64,000 bases of DNA from a virus (IMGVR_UViG_3300010355_001317:1-64000), one strand, 5' to 3'; shown: positions 8,882-18,538, counted from the stretch's first letter. Notes: generated by a model not told the origin, from the letters alone. Translations and numbers: made by a program.

Positions 8882-9181
8882 TTATTCACCATCCTCTTTT
8901 TCAAAAAGATATTGTTTTATCTCATCATCTGTAAACATTTTTGTAACATCTTTTTCCCAAAATCTGTATAGCATTTTATTATATGACCACATTCCTTGTT
9001 CTATTTCACGCAGGAGTTTACCCTTTTTTCCTTCTTGTTCTAGAGAATGTCTTTTTTTAATTGCTTTTTCAAACACTTTAAGTTTGGCAGTTAAAACCCA
9101 TTCATTTCTAGTAGCAAAACCTATACAAAACGCTAAACCACATATAATTATTATAACAGGTATAAAGATATTTAAGGGCAT
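8882..9181 (-). CDS. membrane-anchored hypothetical protein
   Basis: N-terminal TM helix. Confidence 0.4.
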   Translation of the reverse strand: MPLNIFIPVIIIICGLAFCIGFATRNEWVLTAKLKVFEKAIKKRHSLEQEGKKGKLLREIEQGMWSYNKMLYRFWEKDVTKMFTDDEIKQYLFEKEDGE

Positions 9182-9189
9182 ATATAATC

Positions 9190-9633
9190 CTATTTATCTA
9201 TGATTAGTATACCATCTAAATGGTCTAATTCTTGTTGTATCACTCTTGCAGATACATCACTAAGATTTAGTTTTAGTTCTTCACCATCTAAATCTATTCC
9301 TTTTACAGATATCTCTTTCCATCTTTCTACCTCTCTTTCTTGACCTGGGCAAGAAAGACAACCCTCCATTCCTTTTATAGTTTCATCGCTATGCGACGTA
9401 ATCTCTGGATTTAATAAAGTTAATCTAACACCATTTTCGTACATAATAGTATCTATAATAAGCATTCTATATGAAGAACCTATTTGATTAGCAGCTAAAC
9501 CAATTCCTTTATTGGAATACATTACTTGAAACATTCTTTTAGCAACATAATGTACTTTTTCATCTATCTTATCGATATTCTTGCATTTTGTTCTTAAAAA
9601 ATCGTTTGGGTGTTTAAGTAATGTATAACTCAT
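9190..9633 (-). CDS. def: peptide deformylase
   Basis: All three PDF motifs present: GIGLAANQIG, EGCLSCPG, QQELDHLDG. Confidence 0.85.
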   Translation of the reverse strand: MSYTLLKHPNDFLRTKCKNIDKIDEKVHYVAKRMFQVMYSNKGIGLAANQIGSSYRMLIIDTIMYENGVRLTLLNPEITSHSDETIKGMEGCLSCPGQEREVERWKEISVKGIDLDGEELKLNLSDVSARVIQQELDHLDGILIIDK

Positions 9634-9699
9634 CTTTTTTCCTCTTGTTGAAAATATTAAAAATCGAATTTTTTTCTGTAACTTTTTCTTCCTTTCTCT

Positions 9700-9939
9700 T
9701 TATTCTTCAGTTTGAACGAATTTATCTTCTTTAGACCACTGAATTAAACCCCAGATTTCAGCACCCAAATATAGAATAAAGTTTCCAACTAATGACCATT
9801 GTTCTCTGTAAATGCTAACTCCTATCCACCAAATAGAACAAAGAATCCAAAGAAGAAAACACCATTTATTCTTTTTGATATTAAGAAGATAACCTATAAA
9901 ACTTATAGAGACAAAAAACCATCCAAATTGATCTATCAT
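9700..9939 (-). CDS. small W-rich membrane protein, PnuC-repeat-like (paralog of 4188..4409)
   Basis: WILCSIWWIGVS...IWGLIQWSKEDK. Confidence 0.35.
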   Translation of the reverse strand: MIDQFGWFFVSISFIGYLLNIKKNKWCFLLWILCSIWWIGVSIYREQWSLVGNFILYLGAEIWGLIQWSKEDKFVQTEE

Positions 9940-9978
9940 TTGGAATACTCTTTAATAAGTTTTCTTACTTTTAGACGT

Positions 9979-10173
9979 TTAAAGCAGAGGAGAAATTGTA
10001 GAAGCTTTTCTGTGATTTTTTTCATGTTTCTTACCTTCATTTTTCTTTCTTTCTAATCTCATTTGTTTTATAGATTTATCTGCAAGCTCCTGAAGAGTGC
10101 TATTCCCACTGGACCATTCTTGACATTTATTTGCTACGGTTGAACAAACTGGTATGTAAATTCTATTTGCCAT
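9979..10173 (-). CDS. small basic protein
   Basis: 64 aa with a K/R-rich C-terminus. Confidence 0.3.
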   Translation of the reverse strand: MANRIYIPVCSTVANKCQEWSSGNSTLQELADKSIKQMRLERKKNEGKKHEKNHRKASTISPLL

Positions 10174-10280
10174 CTTTTTTTAATTCTTCCTTTGTCTTAT
10201 TAATTATATGAAGAATGATCTTTAATTCTAATTCTATTTGTTTTGCTTCTTCTCTTAATTGTTGAGATTTAGTTTTCATT

Positions 10281-10511
10281 TTATTCTTTCATTATTTCTA
10301 TAATATTCTTTTTAAGAAAATATTTAAATACTTGTTTAGTAATATTTATTTTTCTTTCTATTTTAGGATCACTTCTATATAAAATCACTGAAAAATCTTT
10401 ATCTGAACCACGGTATGGTTTTAATTCAAATATTTCATCTTTATCAAAAGAGATAGTACCTCTTCTTAACCAATCTCCATATGAAAATTCTGTAATAAAT
10501 TTAACTTTCAT
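10281..10511 (-). CDS. hypothetical protein
   Basis: 76-aa ORF. Confidence 0.35.
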   Translation of the reverse strand: MKVKFITEFSYGDWLRRGTISFDKDEIFELKPYRGSDKDFSVILYRSDPKIERKINITKQVFKYFLKKNIIEIMKE

Positions 10512-10513
10512 AA

Positions 10514-11062
10514 TCAGTATTTTTTATTACCATGACGATAAGCTCTGGTATTATTATACTCCATTTTTCTTTTTAGAATATCTTCAAAGTCCCAACCTTT
10601 ATATCCAAAATAATCTGCTATACGAATGAATGCATCTATAAGCTCTGTTGTTTCACCACAAGGTTTTCCATTCATATCAAGATAATAATCTTGCTTTTGC
10701 TCACGAACATCTTCTGTTGCTTCTGATATCTCAGAATGAATTAAAGCATGAATCTCAAGAGGCGATCTTGGATTATCCCACCATCCTTTTTCTTTTGCGG
10801 TTGCATGTATTTGATTTACAAAATCATTTATGGTTAAAGATTTTTCTTCTTTACTTTCTTCATAAGGGAGACCTTCTAAATGACAATATTCTTTCTTTTC
10901 TTCATTCCAAAGAAGAACTTGTTGTAAATCTTTTCCACCACATCTGGTATAATCATTACCACCATCTATAAAAGTAGCTTGTTCACAATTGCATTGTTGA
11001 AAATCATGCCTAGATTTTGATTCTAATTCTTCGTTGCAACATTCACATTTAACTTTGCTCAT
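10514..11062 (-). CDS. mazG: MazG-like nucleoside triphosphate pyrophosphohydrolase with Cys-rich N-terminal extension
   Basis: C-terminal half shows EIHALIHSEISEATEDVRE (ExxE) and ELIDAFIRIADYFGY, typical of the all-alpha NTP-PPase fold. Confidence 0.55.
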   Translation of the reverse strand: MSKVKCECCNEELESKSRHDFQQCNCEQATFIDGGNDYTRCGGKDLQQVLLWNEEKKEYCHLEGLPYEESKEEKSLTINDFVNQIHATAKEKGWWDNPRSPLEIHALIHSEISEATEDVREQKQDYYLDMNGKPCGETTELIDAFIRIADYFGYKGWDFEDILKRKMEYNNTRAYRHGNKKY

Positions 11063-11063
11063 T

Positions 11064-11720
11064 TCATTTCCTTTTAAATATTATTGATTTTAAATCCTTA
11101 ACTTTTTTTCTAAAATCTTCTTTCGTGGTATTATTTTCTAGAATATAATCGAAATAAGAATCCTCTAAAGAATCTAAATCTGTTTCAGATATATCTGAAT
11201 CTATTAAACCTGTAGTTCGTTTTATTCTAACTGTTATAACATCAAATTTATCTTGTAAATTATTTTTTAATTCCTCTAGTTCATATTTAAATCTACAATC
11301 AGTTATAACTATATTACATTTATTTATATCTTGAAATACCCAGTGTTGTAATAATAAATTAACCCAAATCAATTCGTCAAAAGTGGCTTTAATTACTTGT
11401 CCATACCACTGCATTAAATTCCTTGCTGTAAAAGCTTTACCAGAATCTCGAAAAGTGAGATCACATATGGGAACTTCTTTTAACTTGGGGTCAAAAAAGT
11501 AATTAGGTATTCCTCCTACTCCAGGTAACTTTCCAACTAAGCCTGCAGTAATTTCAACTATTTGATCTTTTAATTCATCTGCGAGAGCTAATCTATAAAA
11601 TGGTATATTAGATCGTTTACTCGTTCTACATATAATATTAGAAAAAGTATCTTTACCAACACACTTTTTACCTGATAATAGTAATACAACTCGCCTAGGT
11701 GTAGATATAGATTGTGACAT
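11064..11720 (-). CDS. P-loop deoxynucleoside monophosphate kinase-like protein
   Basis: Walker A LLLSGKKCVGKDT resembles T4 gene 1 dNMP kinase SGVKRSGKDT. Confidence 0.55.
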   Translation of the reverse strand: MSQSISTPRRVVLLLSGKKCVGKDTFSNIICRTSKRSNIPFYRLALADELKDQIVEITAGLVGKLPGVGGIPNYFFDPKLKEVPICDLTFRDSGKAFTARNLMQWYGQVIKATFDELIWVNLLLQHWVFQDINKCNIVITDCRFKYELEELKNNLQDKFDVITVRIKRTTGLIDSDISETDLDSLEDSYFDYILENNTTKEDFRKKVKDLKSIIFKRK

Positions 11721-11777
11721 TTTTATTATTTTTTCCTGATATACTTAAAATTAGGTAAAATTTTATATTATTCTTTT

Positions 11778-13037
11778 ATGCAAGTTACGCAAGAAAAGAA
11801 ATTAAAGATAAAAAACTCTTTAGCTAAAACTCGAGAGAAAAGAAAATCTCAAGTTTGTAAAGTTTATACTTTAAAGATAGATAAAAGTCATTTAAATTCT
11901 ATACAAAAGAAATGGTTGAAAAAAATCTTTATAGAAGCTAGATGGTTTTATAATTATATTATATCACAAGATAATATTTTTCTTAATACTTCTTTATATA
12001 AACAAAAAGAAATTACGATAAAAGTTTTAAGTAAGTTTGAAAAAAGAAATATAGAATTTTTATCTTCTCAAATGAAACAAGGTTTATATGAGAGAATAAA
12101 AGAAGCTATTAAAGTTTTGTCTAAACTTAAAAAACTTAATTTTACTATTGGTAGATTAAAATTCAAATCTGAAATAAATTCCATCGATCTTCCTCAATAT
12201 AATAATACTTGGAAATTTAATAAAACTAGAATTAAAATACAGGGATTAAAGAAACCATTTAAAGTTCATGGTTTAAAACAAATTCCAAAAGGAAGTGAAT
12301 TTGCTAATGCGAAACTTGTAAGAAAGCCTTCTGGTTATTATATTCAAATTACAACCTTTCAACAAAGAAAAGAAAAACAAAAAACTAATAAAGAAGTTGG
12401 TTTAGATTTTGGAATTAAAGATTCTATAACAACTTCTGATGGTGAAAAATTAAATATTAAAATTCCAGAATCTTATAGATTAAAAAGACTTCAAAAGGGT
12501 TTTGCAAAGAAAAATAATTTAAAATCAAATAAAAGAAAAAAGAATCTTATTAAAATAAAACAAGAATATGAAAGAATTTCAAATCAGAAAAAAGATCAAG
12601 TAAATAAACTTGTATCTTATTTAAAGAATAATTATGATACAATTTATATTCAAGAAGAACAAATAGCAAATTGGCATAAAGGTTTATTTGGTAAACAAGT
12701 TCAACATTCTGCACTTGGGGCAATAAAGTCTAAATTAAAAACTTTAGAAAGCACCCAAGTAATATCGAAATGGGAACCAACTACTAAATTATGTCCAGTT
12801 TGTGGATTACTAAATAAAATATCTTTATCAGAAAGAACTTATAAATGTTCTTGTGGTTATGAAAAAGATAGAGATACTCATTCAGCTAATAATATACTTT
12901 TAATTGGAAAGTCTAAATCCAATTCTGTTATGGAGCGTAACAGTACAACATCTGAGAATAAGATCAATGAATTTTCAAAGAGCAATCTAGAAAATTTAAA
13001 TCATGATTCGTTGAAGATGGAAGCTAAAGTTTTTTAG
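11778..13037 (+). CDS. tnpB: IS200/IS605-family TnpB (OrfB), RuvC-like RNA-guided nuclease; solo, no tnpA
   Basis: RuvC-I GLDFGIKD, RuvC-II IYIQEEQ, zinc finger CPVCG...CSCG, RuvC-III RDTHSANNI. On the + strand, antisense to flanking genes. Confidence 0.9.
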   Translation: MQVTQEKKLKIKNSLAKTREKRKSQVCKVYTLKIDKSHLNSIQKKWLKKIFIEARWFYNYIISQDNIFLNTSLYKQKEITIKVLSKFEKRNIEFLSSQMKQGLYERIKEAIKVLSKLKKLNFTIGRLKFKSEINSIDLPQYNNTWKFNKTRIKIQGLKKPFKVHGLKQIPKGSEFANAKLVRKPSGYYIQITTFQQRKEKQKTNKEVGLDFGIKDSITTSDGEKLNIKIPESYRLKRLQKGFAKKNNLKSNKRKKNLIKIKQEYERISNQKKDQVNKLVSYLKNNYDTIYIQEEQIANWHKGLFGKQVQHSALGAIKSKLKTLESTQVISKWEPTTKLCPVCGLLNKISLSERTYKCSCGYEKDRDTHSANNILLIGKSKSNSVMERNSTTSENKINEFSKSNLENLNHDSLKMEAKVF

Positions 13038-13091
13038 ACTTTAGTAGCTCACCTACCTGCTTCTTTCCAGAAAGTAGAATAACTTTTCTCT

Positions 13092-13571
13092 TTATGTCCA
13101 AAGATAACCTCTTATTTTTATTAATCTAATTAAATTCTTTTCCTCTTCTTCTAGAAATTTTATTTGTTCTTGATTATATAAATTACTTAAGTATTCACCA
13201 TAGTTAGAACTAACACTATGCCATTCAAAAAGACCTGGATGATCTTCACAAGGAGTCTCATAATGAACGGTATGCTCGGACCATTGATCTAATAAGTAAT
13301 CTATTTCTTCTTCTCTTTGTTTTCTTTCTATCTTCCAGTAAGAATATAATCTATCTATTTCTTCTTTAGCTTTTTTATGATATTTATCACTATTCCAGTT
13401 AACACTATCTAATCCACCGTGTTCATAAAAATCACAAAGAAGTTCAAAGTTAAAAGTAAGAAGCATCTCTTGGCATTCCCATGGAGCATAAAATGCTTTA
13501 CTTGCTTTATAAAATAATCTAACTTTGTAATATCTTCTTCTTACTGGCCAAGTTAACTTTTTTATATTCAT
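13092..13571 (-). CDS. hypothetical protein
   Basis: 159-aa ORF. Confidence 0.4.
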   Translation of the reverse strand: MNIKKLTWPVRRRYYKVRLFYKASKAFYAPWECQEMLLTFNFELLCDFYEHGGLDSVNWNSDKYHKKAKEEIDRLYSYWKIERKQREEEIDYLLDQWSEHTVHYETPCEDHPGLFEWHSVSSNYGEYLSNLYNQEQIKFLEEEEKNLIRLIKIRGYLWT

Positions 13572-13798
13572 TTTGATTTCTTTTTGTTTTCTTCCTGCTG
13601 TTTTTTCATTCTTCTATCCAGAGAATTTAAAGAGGAATCTTGTCCTATTCTAACTTCTTTCTTTGCAGGAAAACAAAGCGCAGATTTTAAATGCGCTATA
13701 TCGTCCTTAAGTTTTTCTATCTCTTTAAAATGCTCTTCTTTTAATTTTTTAAGTTCGTTTTCTAAATCCTTAATTTTGTCGTGAGCCGTTATATCCAT
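13568..13798 (-). CDS. coiled-coil small protein
   Basis: heptad-like K/E-rich sequence. Confidence 0.4.
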   Translation of the reverse strand: MDITAHDKIKDLENELKKLKEEHFKEIEKLKDDIAHLKSALCFPAKKEVRIGQDSSLNSLDRRMKKQQEENKKKSK

Positions 13799-13809
13799 AA
13801 TAACTCTCC

Positions 13810-14025
13810 TTAAAATTGATTATCTACTTGCTCCTTAACAACTGGACATCCTAAAGGATGATCAAAGATAACACAATCTGTTCTACCTCTATATTTAGGA
13901 TACTTGCAACTTTTGTTTTCTGGTACTGACATACCCCTTCCAACTATTCTCATTTTTCTATGCGGACAAGTTTGTTTTAATTCATTTATTAAATCTCTTC
14001 GTTGTTTTTCAATTGCATCCATCAT
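13810..14025 (-). CDS. small Cys-containing protein
   Basis: 71 aa. Confidence 0.35.
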   Translation of the reverse strand: MMDAIEKQRRDLINELKQTCPHRKMRIVGRGMSVPENKSCKYPKYRGRTDCVIFDHPLGCPVVKEQVDNQF

Positions 14026-14027
14026 AA

Positions 14028-14267
14028 CTATTTACCCTGTGCATTACTAGTAGGTTGTAATTCTTTTAATTTACTTTCTAATTCTTTTGTGTATTCACCA
14101 CATTGTTTATTAAATCCTTTTGCCATTTCTAAATCAACTCTTAACCATAAATTTTCTTGTTTAAATTTATCTCTTTCTATTTGAAGTTTCTGTATATCAG
14201 CTTCGTATGTTTCTATACTGACACACCCTGTACATAAAATTAGCATTCCGACTAAAATAGTTTTCAT
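14028..14267 (-). CDS. lipoprotein with coiled coil
   Basis: lipobox MLILCTGC. Confidence 0.45.
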   Translation of the reverse strand: MKTILVGMLILCTGCVSIETYEADIQKLQIERDKFKQENLWLRVDLEMAKGFNKQCGEYTKELESKLKELQPTSNAQGK

Positions 14268-14450
14268 TTACTTACTCCGATTATCAGTATCAATTACTGT
14301 ATGACCACAGAACTCACAATATCTAATTACTCCGTATTCTGTAAGTTTAATAAGCTTAGCATCCTTTGCTTCCAATCTTATATTGACCATAAGATGAATT
14401 TTAAATACTTTACAAAATTTGCAGATAATATTTGCTATTAATTCTTTCAT
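14268..14450 (-). CDS. zinc-ribbon small protein
   Basis: CKFC ... CEFCGH. Confidence 0.35.
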   Translation of the reverse strand: MKELIANIICKFCKVFKIHLMVNIRLEAKDAKLIKLTEYGVIRYCEFCGHTVIDTDNRSK

Positions 14451-14786
14451 TTAAACCTCCTCCTTTAATATCTCTTTTATAGAATAAATTTTTATTTTAA
14501 GTTTTGAAGCAACTTGTGCACAAGCAGGACAAGCATGTATATCTAAAAGATCTCCTCTCTTGTTTGTTCTACAAATAATAATACTTCTTAATCTTTCTCC
14601 ATACTTTCTTATCAGAGCAATCTCTGCATGAACTCCACCGCCACGGTGTGAAAGGCGATGCCGATTCATTGTGCAACCCAATACTCTTCCTTTTCTATCC
14701 AACCCTACTGCTGATACTTTATATCTACATCTAGATTGACTTGCCTTTCTTTGAGCCAGATTAACTATATCATCTTGAGGTGTCAT
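14451..14786 (-). CDS. CDA-fold zinc deaminase (cytidine/dCMP/nucleic-acid deaminase family)
   Basis: HAEIALI ... ACPACAQ signature. GC content locally above background. Confidence 0.6.
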   Translation of the reverse strand: MTPQDDIVNLAQRKASQSRCRYKVSAVGLDRKGRVLGCTMNRHRLSHRGGGVHAEIALIRKYGERLRSIIICRTNKRGDLLDIHACPACAQVASKLKIKIYSIKEILKEEV

Positions 14787-14994
14787 AATTACCTTTTTTA
14801 TGTTTAAAAATCTTTTTAGTTATAAAAAGAAGTAAACCATTTATTATAGCAAAAATAATAAATTGTATAATCATTGCTATAAACCAATCACTTAAAAAAG
14901 GAAGAGGATTAATATATTCTGCTATTATATATAGTTGTAGTAAGGTACTTATTGTAAATACTATAATACCAAATATTATAGCAAGTTTTTTCAT
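14770..14994 (-). CDS. small membrane protein
   Basis: 3 hydrophobic helices. Confidence 0.35.
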   Translation of the reverse strand: MKKLAIIFGIIVFTISTLLQLYIIAEYINPLPFLSDWFIAMIIQFIIFAIINGLLLFITKKIFKHKKGNYDTSR

Positions 14995-15242
14995 TTAATT
15001 CCTCCACATTTAGACCAAGAAAATTTACCAAACTTATCTGAATAGGTAATTAAACATCTATGCATATTTTCTTCTACTTCGTTTAATTTAGTTCTATTCA
15101 TTCTTTTCAGACGATGCAACTTATTATATTCTTTATTATATAAACAAATACATCTAAGTAAATCTATTTCTTCAAATTCTTCTGCAAAGACAAAAGAAGA
15201 AATTAGTAGTAAACTAAGAAGACTTATGATTATTCTTTTCAT
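14991..15242 (-). CDS. secreted small protein
   Basis: signal peptide MKRIIISLLSLLLISSFVFA. Confidence 0.4.
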   Translation of the reverse strand: MKRIIISLLSLLLISSFVFAEEFEEIDLLRCICLYNKEYNKLHRLKRMNRTKLNEVEENMHRCLITYSDKFGKFSWSKCGGIK

Positions 15243-15384
15243 GCCTTTTTTATTTTTTTGATATATTGTTTTAAAGCTTGTTCACAAATCCAATTAACAG
15301 ACCTATCATACTCAGCAGAAAGAATAGCTAATTGAATTAGTATTTCATCAGATAATTCTATAGTAATTTTAACTCGTTTTCTTT

Positions 15385-16089
15385 TCATTCTATTTCGACA
15401 CCTGCTATTAATTCTGGATTCTTTTTTAAGAATTTCAAAACTTCTTGTATAGAGAAGGGTTTACCATGATAAAGCTCTTCATATATTTTACTAGCTAAAA
15501 TATAATCACTTTTATAATCCACAGTTAATCTTAAACCTTCACCTTGTACTATACCCATATCCATAAATTCAGAATGAAAGATATGATTGTTTAATTTGAT
15601 ATAAGTTGTTACGTGCTCTCTATCTGATTTTCTTTTGGATTCTGAATATGCTCTATCCAGAGCAGATTTTTTAAACATTTCAATTCCTACTCCAATAGGA
15701 ATGCCAGACATACCATAGTAATCTATCTTATCTTTTAGTTCCTTTTGTATAAGCTTATTTCCTAATTCCACATCTACAAAAGGATTATCACCTGTTGCTC
15801 TAATTACATATTGACAGCTACGATAATTAGTCGCATCATAAAATCTTTTAAGAACATCCTCGTCAGGACCTCTGTAAACATTACATCCTTTAGATCTAGC
15901 TAAATCAACTATAGGTTGATTGGATTCGTGTATACCAGTAGCTACAATAACTAAATCTACGTTCTTGAGTTTTTGTACTCTATCTATTACATGTTCTAAT
16001 AAAGGTTTTTCTGCTAATGGAAGCATTGCTTTTCCTGGTAATCTAGTCGAATTAAATCTAGATTGAATTACAGCAATTATTTTCTCCAT
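15385..16089 (-). CDS. CMP-sugar cytidylyltransferase (CTP_transf_3 family; NeuA/PseF/SpsF-like)
   Basis: IIAVIQSRFNSTRLPGKAMLPL...KPLLEHVI N-terminal signature of acylneuraminate/pseudaminate cytidylyltransferases. Confidence 0.7.
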   Translation of the reverse strand: MEKIIAVIQSRFNSTRLPGKAMLPLAEKPLLEHVIDRVQKLKNVDLVIVATGIHESNQPIVDLARSKGCNVYRGPDEDVLKRFYDATNYRSCQYVIRATGDNPFVDVELGNKLIQKELKDKIDYYGMSGIPIGVGIEMFKKSALDRAYSESKRKSDREHVTTYIKLNNHIFHSEFMDMGIVQGEGLRLTVDYKSDYILASKIYEELYHGKPFSIQEVLKFLKKNPELIAGVEIE

Positions 16090-16110
16090 GTTATCTGCTC
16101 TCCTTTTATT

Positions 16111-16893
16111 TTATGCTATAATGGGAAGACAATTCTTATGCGTGCTTCTTTCTATTAAATCTACGAACAGTAATCGTCCAATAGGTGATAGGTGCACTCC
16201 ATCTGAAGAATAATCTGCTTTCATCATAACATGCCAAGCAGCTACAAAATGTTTGATTAATGGTATAATTACTGTATTTTTATCTTGTCCCAACCAGTTA
16301 AAAAGATTTTGAGTATATTCCACATAATGTATCATTGCATAATCCACGCACGTTGCTGGTAGTCCATACATAATAATTCTTGCTTTTGGAAATCTTTTTC
16401 TAATATAATCGAATAATATATTACATTCTTTTTTCACTACTTCTATTTTTTGATGTTGCAATAAATTATTCCCACCCGGCGTCCCTACTAGAATAAAATT
16501 AGGTTGATAATTATATCTAGTTATATCAGAATCCATATCCTTTAAAAGCTGGAGCATGTGGCATGCACGCATGCCACCTAATGCCCAGTTCATTCTTATA
16601 TCTATAACGTCTTGTGCGTCTTTTTTACTTTGTGCTAGAATAGAATCTCCTATACCAAGTATTCTAACAGAATCTCTTGTATAAGAAGTTTGCATATAAT
16701 CTACAAAGCTAGCTTTGCATTCTTGTAAATGATCTTGATAATCGTCATGCGGAACATATGACTCATCTACAGGTTTTTTAAATTTAAGATCCATTAAGAT
16801 CATAGCTTGTCTTACTGAATCTTTCTTCTTAGCATAATCTTTGCATTCTATCTGTGTTTGGATTTCAGCAATCATTTTTTTAAAGAAATTCAT
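16111..16893 (-). CDS. SGNH/GDSL-type hydrolase (putative sugar O-acetylesterase)
   Basis: ILGIGDSIL block I and DGVHLSPIG block V. Confidence 0.5.
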   Translation of the reverse strand: MNFFKKMIAEIQTQIECKDYAKKKDSVRQAMILMDLKFKKPVDESYVPHDDYQDHLQECKASFVDYMQTSYTRDSVRILGIGDSILAQSKKDAQDVIDIRMNWALGGMRACHMLQLLKDMDSDITRYNYQPNFILVGTPGGNNLLQHQKIEVVKKECNILFDYIRKRFPKARIIMYGLPATCVDYAMIHYVEYTQNLFNWLGQDKNTVIIPLIKHFVAAWHVMMKADYSSDGVHLSPIGRLLFVDLIERSTHKNCLPIIA

Positions 16894-16911
16894 TTATACC
16901 ATCCCAGCAGT

Positions 16912-17142
16912 TTAATCAACTACGTCTTTTGCACAATATTCTATTATAGCTCTAAATTCTTTAGGATCTGCTTTAGCTTTCATATCTATACTTCTATCCA
17001 CCAAACATGTTTGAATACATGAAATATATTCAGTTTCCATTTCTAGATAAGTTTTTCTTAAACAACTTTTTACTAGAAAGACCACACCTATTATAAGACC
17101 TATTAATACTATTACTGAAAAGATCTTACCTACGTTTGACAT
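16912..17142 (-). CDS. membrane-anchored small protein
   Basis: N-terminal TM. Confidence 0.4.
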   Translation of the reverse strand: MSNVGKIFSVIVLIGLIIGVVFLVKSCLRKTYLEMETEYISCIQTCLVDRSIDMKAKADPKEFRAIIEYCAKDVVD

Positions 17143-17325
17143 ATACTACATCTCCTTTAATGTTTTTTTGAGAGGACACCAAAATGGATATCCTTCTTCT
17201 TTAATATCAATAATAACTTTTGCTAAAGGAAATTTAGGATGTATACATACATATCTTTCCATCCAACCATCTTGAGAACAGTGTTTACATTTCTCACATT
17301 TAGATCCAGATTTTTTCTTCATTTA

Positions 17326-17778
17326 TTATCTCACTCTATAAGTACTTACAATACACTTAGAAGAATATGTTGGATATTTTGAAAACTTATAATATACAAG
17401 ACCGGCTAGTAACAATTTAGATTGACTATTACCCCAAGTTAATCTAGATATAGTATCTGTGTTCTTAAAAGAAATCCTAAATCTAAAATTCTTTTTAGAT
17501 TTAGGAGCTATATAACCAATTTCCTTTTTAAGATTAGTAGCAATTCTAGTAAGTGTAGTACCATCAAAATCCACATATAAATCTGTTGCATCTAAATAGA
17601 TTTTAGAATTAGAAGTGTTAGAAATAGATACTATTACATCTGCTTTAATTGTATTTAACCCTTCAGAAGTTATCTTAAACTTTGAAAATGTTAAAGGAAA
17701 GCATTCTTCGTCTTCTCTGAGTTGAAATAAATTACAACCCAAGAAAAAGATAAATGATAATACTATTAATCTTTTCAT
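17326..17778 (-). CDS. lipoprotein
   Basis: lipobox SFIFFLGC. Confidence 0.45.
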   Translation of the reverse strand: MKRLIVLSFIFFLGCNLFQLREDEECFPLTFSKFKITSEGLNTIKADVIVSISNTSNSKIYLDATDLYVDFDGTTLTRIATNLKKEIGYIAPKSKKNFRFRISFKNTDTISRLTWGNSQSKLLLAGLVYYKFSKYPTYSSKCIVSTYRVR

Positions 17779-17786
17779 TGTATCTC

Positions 17787-18059
17787 CTATACTAAAAAAG
17801 GAACTAAATCATTATTAGGTTTGATATAGTATACTTCTGTTTGAAATAACTCATTTGAAAATTCTGCACCTTCTTTTAATTTTCTTACTTCATCTACTAA
17901 TTGCTTTTGTGTTTTAAGGCCTTTTAACTGTTTAGTAGTTATATGCAATCCTATAAACTTTCTTAGCTCACTAAAAGTAGAAAATTCTATTATACATGGA
18001 ATACATTTTTTAAACTTATATACTAATACTAGATATTTTCCTGTTTTAAACCTATTCAT
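17787..18059 (-). CDS. hypothetical protein
   Basis: 90-aa ORF. Confidence 0.4.
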   Translation of the reverse strand: MNRFKTGKYLVLVYKFKKCIPCIIEFSTFSELRKFIGLHITTKQLKGLKTQKQLVDEVRKLKEGAEFSNELFQTEVYYIKPNNDLVPFLV

Positions 18060-18245
18060 ATATATCCTCTTATAAAATTAATTTTCAAATAGATCCCGAC
18101 CTGATCACCTTCAGGCCGGGATTGATAGTATCATCGAATACTTTTCAAGAGTATTTGTAGCTGATGATTGTGCTCAATTTTAGAATGTACCTTTCCGTTT
18201 AACTGAATTCTTAGCTTTACAGGAGACGACCTTCCTGCTGGTCCA

Positions 18246-18309
18246 CCCCTCGACTAAATCTACATTTCATGAATATAAACTTAGTCGAGGGGACAGGAAT
18301 CGAACCTGC
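18246..18309 (-). ncRNA. tRNA-like element C: canonical T-arm plus 9-bp hairpin (possible aberrant or permuted tRNA)
   Basis: Minus RNA GCAGG-TTCGATT-CCTGT is followed by CCCCTCGAC...29 nt...GTCGAGGGG. No 5-prime acceptor partner could be found by eye. Confidence 0.3.
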
Positions 18310-18413
18310 GACTTCTCCTCATTAGTAATTCAGACTTGACTACATTCCTAGCACATGTTCTTAACTTAGGGTAATAACTTAAATCTTAAATGATTCTGTT
18401 TACCGTTTCAGCA

Positions 18414-18463
18414 CTCTCCGTTAATTTATTAATGCTATTCGGAGAGGAAGGATTCGAACCTTC
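18414..18463 (-). ncRNA. tRNA-like element B: T-arm plus 7-bp hairpin
   Basis: Minus RNA GAAGG-TTCGAAT-CCTTC then CTCTCCG...19 nt...CGGAGAG, followed by a D-arm-like CTG-AAACGGTAAA-CAG. Confidence 0.3.
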
Positions 18464-18538
18464 AAGCTCAATGAGCAATCATTATATCAAATTAAATTTA
18501 AACCTAAGCCTGTCTATTGCTTATAGCAATAGAACCCT

